Of a DNA stretch of 32,000 bases, positions 24,913-32,000 are shown in pieces. The notes below the pieces were generated by a model, which searched no databases, was not told the DNA's origin, and was given only the letters and a program-made list of their open reading frames with translations. Each line of letters opens with the position of its first letter. Position 1 is the stretch's first letter. Source of the stretch: Halomonas sp. TA22 (GTDB lineage: Bacteria > Pseudomonadota > Gammaproteobacteria > Pseudomonadales > Halomonadaceae). The position numbers were made by a program, and so were the translations under genes. The DNA lies in contig NZ_CP053108.1 of NCBI RefSeq assembly GCF_013009075.1, forward strand, positions 2,776,517 through 2,808,516, read 5' to 3'.

Positions 24913-26069
24913 GTGGCATGATGAGCCCCGACTTCGATATCCACGCCTGTCCGTCGCCGGCCTACGTGGTCGACGACACCCTGCTGCGCCGCAACCTGGA
25001 ACTCCTGAAGGAGGTTCAGACGCGCAGCGGGGCGAAGATTCTGCTCGCCCTGAAGGGCTTCGCCATGTGGGATACCTTCCCGCTGGTGAGCCAATATCTG
25101 GTCGGCACCACCTCCAGCGGACAGGATGAAGCCCGCCTCGGCGCCGAGCGCTTCGGCGGCGAGGTGCACGTCTACTCGCCGGCCTTCACCGACGAGGAGA
25201 TGGGTGTGGTACTGCACTATGCGGACCACATCAGCTTCAACTCGCCGGGGCAGTGGCGGCGCTTTCGCGACGTTGTCGCGGCGGCACCGCGCCAGGTCTC
25301 CTGCGGCTTGCGGGTCAATCCCGAGCACTCGACCGGCGAGGTAGCCCTCTATGATCCCTGTGCCCGGGGTTCGCGGCTTGGTACGCGGGCGGTGCACGTC
25401 ACGTCGGAAGTACTGGACGGTCTGGAGGGGCTGCACTTCCATACGCTCTGCCAGCAGAACAGCGATGCTCTAGAGGCGACGCTTACCGCATTCGAGGAGA
25501 GGTTCGGGAAGTATCTGCCGAACATGCGCTGGGTGAATTTCGGTGGTGGGCACCACATCACCCGCGCCGTTTACGATGTGGAGCGGCTGGTTCGGGTGAT
25601 CCGCGATTTCAAGGCGCGCCATCCCCATCTCGAGGTCTATCTGGAACCGGGCGAAGCGATCGCCCTGAACACGGGCTTCCTGGTGTGCAGCGTGCTGGAT
25701 ATCGTCGACAACGACGGTCCCATCGCCATTCTCGACACCTCCGCCACTGCGCACATGCCGGACGTACTGGAGATGCCCTACCGACCCGAGATCATCGGCG
25801 CCGGCGCACCGGGCGAGAAGGCCCACTCCTATCGCCTGGGCGGCACCACCTGCCTGGCCGGCGACGTGATCGGCGACTACTCGTTCGATGCACCGCTCGC
25901 CATCGGCGACCGGATGGTGTTCACCGATATGGCTCACTACACCATGGTCAAGACCACCACCTTCAACGGCATGCGCCTGCCGGCGATCTGCCGGGTCGAC
26001 GAGACCAGCCGTGAAGTGCGCACGGTCAGGACCTTCGGTTATGAAGACTACATGCAGCGCCTGAGCTGA
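24909..26069 (+). CDS. nspC: Carboxynorspermidine/carboxyspermidine decarboxylase
   Basis: The start is taken as ATG 24909 (ATGA overlap with the upstream stop at 24909-24912). Alternative ATGs lie at 24918 and 24921. It looks like a fold-type-III PLP decarboxylase: TPAYVVD-like PSPAYVVDD, ILLALKGF (PLP Lys), HFHTLCQ, NFGGGH and a C-terminal beta-barrel (YRLGGTTCLAGDVIGDY). Confidence 0.88.
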   Translation: MSGMMSPDFDIHACPSPAYVVDDTLLRRNLELLKEVQTRSGAKILLALKGFAMWDTFPLVSQYLVGTTSSGQDEARLGAERFGGEVHVYSPAFTDEEMGVVLHYADHISFNSPGQWRRFRDVVAAAPRQVSCGLRVNPEHSTGEVALYDPCARGSRLGTRAVHVTSEVLDGLEGLHFHTLCQQNSDALEATLTAFEERFGKYLPNMRWVNFGGGHHITRAVYDVERLVRVIRDFKARHPHLEVYLEPGEAIALNTGFLVCSVLDIVDNDGPIAILDTSATAHMPDVLEMPYRPEIIGAGAPGEKAHSYRLGGTTCLAGDVIGDYSFDAPLAIGDRMVFTDMAHYTMVKTTTFNGMRLPAICRVDETSREVRTVRTFGYEDYMQRLS

Positions 26070-26198
26070 TCCAGCGAGGGCGCCTGCTGCAGAACGCGGA
26101 CGCCCCCGGCTGGCAGTGCGCATGGCCCACCTGCGTGCAGTGGCGGCGGAAGATCGCTACAATCGAGGGTCTGATTTTCTTGGAATTCCAGAGCCGAC

Positions 26199-28241
26199 AT
26201 GTCGAATAGCGAAAGCGCCCAGCGCAAGATCCTGGTCACCAGTGCCCTGCCCTACGCCAACGGCTCGATCCATCTGGGTCACCTGCTCGAGTACATCCAG
26301 ACCGATATCTGGGTGCGCTTCCAGAAGAGCCGCGGCAACGAGTGCCATTACGTGTGTGCCGACGATGCCCATGGCACGGCAATCATGCTGCGTGCCGAGA
26401 TGGAGGGCATCACCTCCGAGCAGCTGATCGAGCGGGTCTCCCGGGAGCACCAGGCGGACTTTGCGCGCTTCGGCGTCGCCTTCGACAACTATCATTCAAC
26501 CCACTCCGACGAGAACCGCGTCCATAGCGAGCGCATCTACAAGGCACTGCGCGACGCCGGGCACATCAGTACCCGGGACATCGAGCAGATGTACGATCCG
26601 GTCAAGGGCCTGTTTCTGGCCGACCGCTTCATCAAGGGTACCTGTCCCAAGTGCAGAACGCCGGACCAGTATGGCGACAACTGCGAAGCGTGCGGCGCCA
26701 CCTATACACCGGCGGAACTGATCGACCCGGTGTCGGCGATCTCCGGCGTCACCCCGGAAGTCAGGAGCTCCACCCACTACTTCTTCAAGCTCCCCGATTT
26801 CGAGGAGTTCCTCAAGCAGTGGACGCGCAGCGGCCGCGTGCAGACGCAGATCGCCAACAAGCTGCAGGAGTGGTTCGAGGCGGGGCTCAACGAGTGGGAC
26901 ATCTCCCGCGACGCGCCCTACTTCGGCTTCGAGATCCCCGATGCTCCGGGCAAGTACTTCTATGTCTGGCTCGATGCGCCGATCGGCTACCTGGCAAGCT
27001 TCCAGAACCTCTGTGATCGCGAAGGGATCGACTTCGACGCCTTCTGGAGAAAGGATTCCGATGCCGAGGTGTACCACTTCATCGGCAAGGACATCGTCTA
27101 CTTCCATGCGCTGTTCTGGCCGGCGATGCTCGAAGGCGCGGGCATGCGCACGCCCACCGGCGTCAACTGCCACGGTTTCGTCACCGTCAATGGCGCCAAG
27201 ATGTCCAAGTCGCGCGGTACCTTCATCAAGGCCGAGACCTACGCTGAGCACCTGAATCCGGAGTATCTGCGCTACTATTTCGCCGCCAAGCTCACATCAA
27301 AGGTCGACGATCTCGATCTCAATCTCGAGGATTTCGCTGCGCGGGTAAACTCAGACCTGGTCGGCAAGGTGGTGAATATCGCCAGCCGCTGCGCCGGCTT
27401 CGTCAACAAGCTCGGCAATGGCAGGCTCTCTCTGCACTGTGCCGAGCCCGAGCTGGTGGCACGCTTCATCGCTGCCGGTGACGAGATCGCCGACGACTTC
27501 GAGGCTCGCGAGTTCGGTCGCGCCATGCGCAAGGTGATGGAGCTCGCCGACGAAGCCAATACCTACATCGCTGACAAGGCGCCTTGGGCACTCGCCAAGC
27601 AGGAGGGCCGTGAGCAGGAGGTGCTCGATATCTGCTCGGTAGGCATCAACCTGTTCCGCCAGCTGATGGTCTATCTAGCGCCGGTGGTGCCCAAGATGGC
27701 TGAAGAGGCACGCCTTTTCCTCACGCTCGACAGCCTCGCCTGGCACACCCGCCAAGAGGTACTGCTCGGCCATGGGATCGCCAAGTTCAAACCGCTGATG
27801 ACGCGCATCGAGCGCGACCGCATCGAGGCCATGATCGAGGCCTCGAAGGAGGATCTGGTGGAAGAGCAGAAACTCAAGGACGCCCCCAAGGGGCCGCTGG
27901 CCGAGGCGCCGATCGCTGATGAGATCGCCTTCGACGACTTCATCAAGGTCGATCTGCGCGTCGCACGCATCGCCAAGGCGGAGTACGTCGAGGGCGCCGA
28001 CAAGCTGCTCAAGCTCACCCTTGACTTGGGCGGCGAGACGCGCACGGTGTTCTCCGGCATCCGCTCGGCTTACGCTCCCGAGGCGCTGGAGGGGCGCCTG
28101 ACGGTGATGGTCGCCAACCTGGCGCCGCGCAAGATGCGCTTTGGCCTCTCCGAGGGCATGGTGCTGGCCGCCGGCAATGATGATGGCATCTATCTGCTGG
28201 AGCCGCATTCGGGTGCCGAGCCGGGTCAGCGGGTGACATAA
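26199..28241 (+). CDS. metG: Methionine--tRNA ligase
   Basis: 680 aa. HIGH-type motif [12 protein letters not shown], Zn knuckle [18 protein letters not shown] and KMSKS motif GAKMSKSRG are present. The C-terminal tRNA-binding (Trbp111/EMAPII-like) domain reads [42 protein letters not shown]. Confidence 0.97.
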   Translation: MSNSESAQRKILVTSALPYANGSIHLGHLLEYIQTDIWVRFQKSRGNECHYVCADDAHGTAIMLRAEMEGITSEQLIERVSREHQADFARFGVAFDNYHSTHSDENRVHSERIYKALRDAGHISTRDIEQMYDPVKGLFLADRFIKGTCPKCRTPDQYGDNCEACGATYTPAELIDPVSAISGVTPEVRSSTHYFFKLPDFEEFLKQWTRSGRVQTQIANKLQEWFEAGLNEWDISRDAPYFGFEIPDAPGKYFYVWLDAPIGYLASFQNLCDREGIDFDAFWRKDSDAEVYHFIGKDIVYFHALFWPAMLEGAGMRTPTGVNCHGFVTVNGAKMSKSRGTFIKAETYAEHLNPEYLRYYFAAKLTSKVDDLDLNLEDFAARVNSDLVGKVVNIASRCAGFVNKLGNGRLSLHCAEPELVARFIAAGDEIADDFEAREFGRAMRKVMELADEANTYIADKAPWALAKQEGREQEVLDICSVGINLFRQLMVYLAPVVPKMAEEARLFLTLDSLAWHTRQEVLLGHGIAKFKPLMTRIERDRIEAMIEASKEDLVEEQKLKDAPKGPLAEAPIADEIAFDDFIKVDLRVARIAKAEYVEGADKLLKLTLDLGGETRTVFSGIRSAYAPEALEGRLTVMVANLAPRKMRFGLSEGMVLAAGNDDGIYLLEPHSGAEPGQRVT

Positions 28242-28270
28242 CACAACTCCTCGCTTACATCGCTAGAAGC

Positions 28271-28300
28271 AAAAGCGCGCAGTCGGACTGCGCGCTTTTT
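28271..28300 (+). terminator. Rho-independent terminator of metG
   Basis: AAAAGCGCGCAGT (28271-28283) pairs perfectly (13 bp) with ACTGCGCGCTTTT (28287-28299) across the loop CGG. It ends in a run of five T (28296-28300), 30 nt after the metG stop. Confidence 0.8.
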
Positions 28301-28315
28301 CGTCTGTCTGCCTCT

Positions 28316-28871
28316 TGGGTGTTCCTGGACCTCGACCTCGTCCCTCACCGGGTGGTGGGATTCAATGCCGAGAATCTGTTCACTTCGTGTCCCGATATCA
28401 TCGGGGCGTGCGGCTGGGCGTCCGCGCTGATCAGCTTGATACAGCAGAGAATCCCCGGCTCGATGAAGGCCCCCATACCTGGTTGATCTCGTTTCCCGAA
28501 CTGGCCATGGTCGGCGTCTCGCCCATCTACCGAAGCCACCATGAGGGACCGCCGGCAGGCTGGCTCGCCATGCTCAGGCCGCTCTCCGATATGTGGGTGG
28601 AAAACCCGTGGAAGACCTGGCGCTGCCTCATGCCACCTCGTTCGAGCAGCCGTTCGTCAGCGTCGGAGCTGCCATCGCCACGCCGGGACAAGCACTCGAT
28701 CAGGCCATGCTGATGCGCCGCGCCGATCATGCGCTCTACAGTGCCGAAATCGCATCACGACGGGCTGAGGTGCGTCAAACAAACGCACCTCGGCAAGCCA
28801 TCGACATCGGCATGTGGTATCCGTGCCACCGCCCGGAAGCGTATAATGCGTGGCTGCTCGCACTCGCCTGA
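28316..28871 (+). pseudogene. Possible 5'-truncated, multiply frameshifted remnant of a GGDEF (diguanylate cyclase) domain gene
   Basis: Three frames in series carry GGDEF-domain-like pieces. Frame 1 has WVFLDLD... (28316 onward, stop 28484-28486). Frame 2 has ...TWLISFPELAMVGVSP (degenerate RxGGDEFxxLLP position). Frame 3 has AGRLARHAQAAL...PFVSVGAAIATPGQALDQAMLMRRADHALYSAEIASRRAEV (28545..28871), resembling the consensus tvSiGvA...eeLlkrADqALYrAKraGRNrv. Order and spacing (about 133 codons from DLD to ADxALY) fit one domain. Third-position G/C remains high in the last piece. Confidence 0.35.
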
Positions 28872-28910
28872 GCGTTCAGGCAGCCCGTAACGTCTCGGCA
28901 ATGGCCCGCA

Positions 28911-29492
28911 ATGACCGAATACTTCCTGATCCTTGTCAGTACGGCATTGGTCAACAATTTTGTGCTGGTGCAGTTTCTCGGCCTGTGCCCCTTCATGGGC
29001 GTGTCCAGCAAGCTGGAATCGGCTGTGGGCATGGCAATGGCAACCACCTTCGTGCTGACGCTCTCGTCGGTGGCAAGCTACCTGACCTTTCACTATCTGC
29101 TGGCCCCGCTGGGTCTCGAGTACCTACGCATCATCGCCTTTATCGTGGTGATCGCAGCGGTCGTGCAGTTCACCGAAATGATGGTGCGCAAGACCAGTCC
29201 ACTGCTGCATCAGGTGCTCGGTATCTTTCTGCCGTTGATCACCACCAATTGTGCGGTGCTGGGCGTGGCGCTGTTGTCGCTGAATCGTCAATCCAGCTTC
29301 ATGCAAGCCACCCTATACGGCTTCGGTGCGGCACTGGGCTTTTCGCTGGTACTGGTGCTGTTTGCCGCCATGCGCGAACGCCTGGCAGTGGCTGATGTGC
29401 CACGCCCCTTTCGCGGTGCGGCCATCGCCATGATCACCGCAAGTCTCATGTCGCTCGCCTTCATGGGATTTTCCGGGCTGGCCCAGCGCTAA
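28911..29492 (+). CDS. rnfA: Rnf/Rsx electron-transport complex subunit A
   Basis: 193 aa reading [32 protein letters not shown]...[16 protein letters not shown]..., a near-canonical RnfA/RsxA sequence with six TM helices. Confidence 0.95.
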   Translation: MTEYFLILVSTALVNNFVLVQFLGLCPFMGVSSKLESAVGMAMATTFVLTLSSVASYLTFHYLLAPLGLEYLRIIAFIVVIAAVVQFTEMMVRKTSPLLHQVLGIFLPLITTNCAVLGVALLSLNRQSSFMQATLYGFGAALGFSLVLVLFAAMRERLAVADVPRPFRGAAIAMITASLMSLAFMGFSGLAQR

Positions 29493-29538
29493 CGCCATCA
29501 CGAATCGGCATAGAGCCTCAAGGAGACCCTGACTGCAA

Positions 29539-30189
29539 ATGATCGTCGATCTGATCGCCGAAAACACCATTGTTGCCACCGTGCTGGCTCTGGTCGGTCT
29601 TGCGGCAGGCTTCGGAGCGCTACTCGGATTTGCCGCCGAGCGCTTCCGGGTGGAAGGCGATCCAGTGGTCGAGCGCATCGATTCCCTGCTGCCGCAAACC
29701 CAATGCGGTCAGTGTGGCTACCCTGGCTGCCGCCCCTATGCCGAAGCGATCAGCCAGGGCGATGAGATCAACAAGTGTCCACCGGGCGGGGAAGCCACTA
29801 TCGTCGCCCTGGCCGATCTGCTGGGGCGCGAGATCACACCCCTTGATGGCGATCGCCAGGATCTCCCCCAGGTCGCCTATATCCGCGAGGCGGAGTGCAT
29901 CGGCTGCACGAAATGCATCCAGGCGTGCCCGGTGGATGCCATTCTTGGCGCGGCCAAGCTGATGCATACGGTGATCATCGATGAGTGCACCGGTTGCGAT
30001 CTGTGTGTGGAGCCCTGCCCAGTGGATTGCATCGAGATGCGGCCCCGTGAACTTGGCCTGCATGAGTGGCAGTGGCCCCGGCCGAAAGGCCCCGGGCACC
30101 TGCCACTCGCGGCCCAGATCAGCCCAAGCGTGATCGCAAGCGACCGCAGCCCACGCAATCGTCGGACAGCGGAGGTGCATCATGGCTAA
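29539..30189 (+). CDS. rnfB: Rnf/Rsx electron-transport complex subunit B (ferredoxin-like)
   Basis: It has an N-terminal TM anchor, the cluster motif [15 protein letters not shown]...NKCPPGG, and two 4Fe-4S ferredoxin motifs, [12 protein letters not shown] and [12 protein letters not shown]. Confidence 0.95.
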   Translation: MIVDLIAENTIVATVLALVGLAAGFGALLGFAAERFRVEGDPVVERIDSLLPQTQCGQCGYPGCRPYAEAISQGDEINKCPPGGEATIVALADLLGREITPLDGDRQDLPQVAYIREAECIGCTKCIQACPVDAILGAAKLMHTVIIDECTGCDLCVEPCPVDCIEMRPRELGLHEWQWPRPKGPGHLPLAAQISPSVIASDRSPRNRRTAEVHHG

Positions 30190-31951
30190 TGCCTTCGATT
30201 TCCCCGGTGGCATCTACCCCCCCGAGCGCAAGACACTATCGAACCAGCAACCGCTCGTTCAGGCACCGCTTCCCCATCGGGTGGTCCTGCCGCTCAATCA
30301 GCATATCGGGGCACCGGCCGAACCCTGCGTAGCGCTTGGCCAGCGGGTACGCGCTGGCGAGCGTGTGGCGATCCGCCAAGGGATGGTCTCGGCGGACGTG
30401 CATGCAAGCCTCACCGGCACCGTCACCGCCATCGAGCCGCGTCCGGTACCCCACCCCTCCGGCGGGCGGACGCCATGTATCGTGATCGAGGCGACCCAGC
30501 CCGGCGACCGAGAAGATCCCGGCATTCGCCTCGACCCGCTTGAGTGGCGCGACTGCGATGAGGCGACCCTACTCGCCAGGCTGGATCGCTCCGGCATCGT
30601 GGGCATGGGTGGCGCGGGCTTTCCTACCCAGGTCAAGGCCCGCGTACGCCAGCATCATCTCATCGACACCCTGGTGATCAACGCCGCCGAGTGCGAGCCC
30701 TACATCACTGCAGACGATCTGACCCTGCGCGCCTATCCGCATGACGTTCTGGAAGGGGCGCAACTGCTCGCTCACCTGAGCGGTACCCAGCGTATCCTGG
30801 TGGGTATCGAGGACAACAAGCCCGAGGCGATCGAAGCGCTCAAGCGAGCGTTGCGCGACGCCTCGAGCGATGCTCTGCCCGTCGAGATCAGGGCGATCCC
30901 GACTCGCTACCCAAGCGGTGGCGAGCGCCAGTTGATCAAGCGCCTGCTCGACCGTGAAGTGCCGGGCGGCGGCCTGCCCGCCGAAGTCGGTGTGCTGTGC
31001 CACAATCCCGGTACGCTGCTTGCGGCGATACGTGCCGTGCGCGATGGTCAGCCGATGATTTCGCGCGTGGTGACGCTGACCGGCGAAGCGCTGGCGAGCC
31101 CCGGCAATGTCGAGGCGCGGCTGGGTACCTGCATGCACGAGCTGTTGACCTTTGCCGGGCTTCGCGAGTCACGCCTCGAGCAGCTGATCATGGGCGGTCC
31201 GATGATGGGCTTCCCCCTGCCGCAAACCGGCTTGCCGCTGGTCAAGAGCGCCAACTGCCTGATCGCAGCCACCGCCGAGGAGCTACCTGCCCCACCGGCC
31301 GAACTGCCCTGCGTCCGCTGTGGTGCCTGCGAACAGGCCTGCCCGGTGGGACTGCTCCCCCAGCAGCTCTACTGGTACTCGAAAGGCGGCGAGCACGACA
31401 AGGCCGAACGCTTCAATCTCTTCGACTGCATCGAGTGCGGCGCCTGCAGCTATGTCTGCTCCAGCCACATTCCCCTGGTGCAGTACTTCCGCGCCGCCAA
31501 GGGCGAGATACGCGCCCACCGCGACGACATGCGCCAGGCCGAACACGCCAGGCACCGCTTCGAGTTCCGCCAGGCCAGGATCGCCCGCGAGGAGGCGGAG
31601 AAGTTGACCAAACGTCAGGCACGCGCCAGGGCCAGCACCTCCCAGCGCATGCACGCCGTCACCCAGGAGAGCCGGCAGGACGCGGCCGTAACCCCTCACG
31701 CGCAAAGCGACAGTGCGGCCGGTCAGGAGGAGCTCAAGTCGCTGCGTATCGCCCAAGCCGCCAGCAAGGCGGCGCTGCGCAAGGCAGAAAAAGCGCTCGC
31801 ACGCGCCAGCCACTCCGGCGATAGCGACGAGGCGCTGGCCGATCTCGAGATACAGCTGGCCACGGCCAGGGAACACCTTGCCGCCACTGAGGCGCGCCTG
31901 GCCACCCTTCGCGAGGCGGCCACGTCCGAGACGCAGGAGCCCTTGCCATGA
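30182..31951 (+). CDS. rnfC: Rnf/Rsx electron-transport complex subunit C
   Basis: 589 aa. The N-terminus [20 protein letters not shown]... is RnfC-typical. The NADH/FMN-binding region is [12 protein letters not shown]. Two 4Fe-4S motifs are [12 protein letters not shown] and [12 protein letters not shown]. It has an Ala/Arg/Glu-rich C-terminal tail. It overlaps rnfB by 8 nt and rnfD by 4 nt. Confidence 0.95.
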   Translation: MANAFDFPGGIYPPERKTLSNQQPLVQAPLPHRVVLPLNQHIGAPAEPCVALGQRVRAGERVAIRQGMVSADVHASLTGTVTAIEPRPVPHPSGGRTPCIVIEATQPGDREDPGIRLDPLEWRDCDEATLLARLDRSGIVGMGGAGFPTQVKARVRQHHLIDTLVINAAECEPYITADDLTLRAYPHDVLEGAQLLAHLSGTQRILVGIEDNKPEAIEALKRALRDASSDALPVEIRAIPTRYPSGGERQLIKRLLDREVPGGGLPAEVGVLCHNPGTLLAAIRAVRDGQPMISRVVTLTGEALASPGNVEARLGTCMHELLTFAGLRESRLEQLIMGGPMMGFPLPQTGLPLVKSANCLIAATAEELPAPPAELPCVRCGACEQACPVGLLPQQLYWYSKGGEHDKAERFNLFDCIECGACSYVCSSHIPLVQYFRAAKGEIRAHRDDMRQAEHARHRFEFRQARIAREEAEKLTKRQARARASTSQRMHAVTQESRQDAAVTPHAQSDSAAGQEELKSLRIAQAASKAALRKAEKALARASHSGDSDEALADLEIQLATAREHLAATEARLATLREAATSETQEPLP

Positions 31952-32000
31952 GCCTGATGCATGCCAGCGCCGTCTCCTCGCGCCGCCCCTCCTCGACGTC
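31948..32000 (+). CDS. rnfD: Rnf/Rsx electron-transport complex subunit D, 5' end only (continues past the window)
   Basis: ATG 31948 overlaps the rnfC stop (ATGA 31948-31951). It reads [17 protein letters not shown]..., and the position after rnfC is as in all rnf operons. Only 17 codons are visible, so the call rests mainly on synteny. Confidence 0.6.
   Translation, partial: MSLMHASAVSSRRPSST

Noticed and set aside
30569-31876. ORFs 30569..31138(-), 30997..31824(+) and 31283..31876(-) inside rnfC
   Set aside because: They are off-frame or antisense to rnfC. Their products are Arg/Pro/Gly-rich, as expected from frame-shifted G+C-rich coding DNA.
31500-31947. Ala/Arg/Glu/Gln-rich low-complexity C-terminal tail of RnfC
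   Set aside because: Variable, repetitive C-terminal extensions are a known feature of RnfC/RsxC proteins. The frame is continuous and couples to rnfD by ATGA.

Overview
This 32 kb window is high-G+C chromosomal DNA. A coding line I counted by hand was about 63% G+C. The gene content looks gammaproteobacterial, and the acidic proteins and the metG-rnfABCD arrangement suggest a Halomonas/Oceanospirillales-like organism, which is inference only. I can support about 30 protein-coding genes, mostly ordinary housekeeping or envelope functions. In order they are: a minus-strand TerB / ExoD / LapA-domain cluster; a two-TM membrane protein; ppiC plus a yadG-yadH-like ABC-2 exporter; a clsB-like PLD / DUF1624 acyltransferase / class-A beta-lactamase-fold operon; a YebC/PmpR regulator; a NOX/FRE-type flavocytochrome; a chemotaxis and c-di-GMP cluster at 10.3-16.4 kb (MCP, GAF-GGDEF(degenerate)-EAL, second MCP); DUF421; an M20 amidohydrolase; DNA polymerase II; an alpha/beta hydrolase plus mepA; carboxynorspermidine dehydrogenase plus nspC; metG; and rnfA, rnfB, rnfC and the start of rnfD. 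I found no rRNA, tRNA, CRISPR array, transposase or integrase, and no recognisable defence system. I also could not substantiate any wholly new multi-gene system. Many long ORFs in the track are antisense shadow ORFs typical of high-G+C DNA, and several track ORFs carry spurious N-terminal extensions that I trimmed. The observations most worth a second look are these. (1) The second MCP is interrupted by two single-G insertions but keeps its promoter, N-terminus and C-terminal tether. (2) Sigma-28-type promoters sit in two strongly AT-rich spacers (about 33% and 40% G+C by hand count) upstream of both MCP genes. (3) A multi-frame fossil of a GGDEF domain lies between metG and rnfA. (4) The PLD / DUF1624 / oversized beta-lactamase-fold operon is tightly coupled. 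(5) The NOX-like flavocytochrome is followed by a Shine-Dalgarno-preceded 30-codon hydrophobic ORF. All family assignments come from reading motifs by eye, because no database search was possible.
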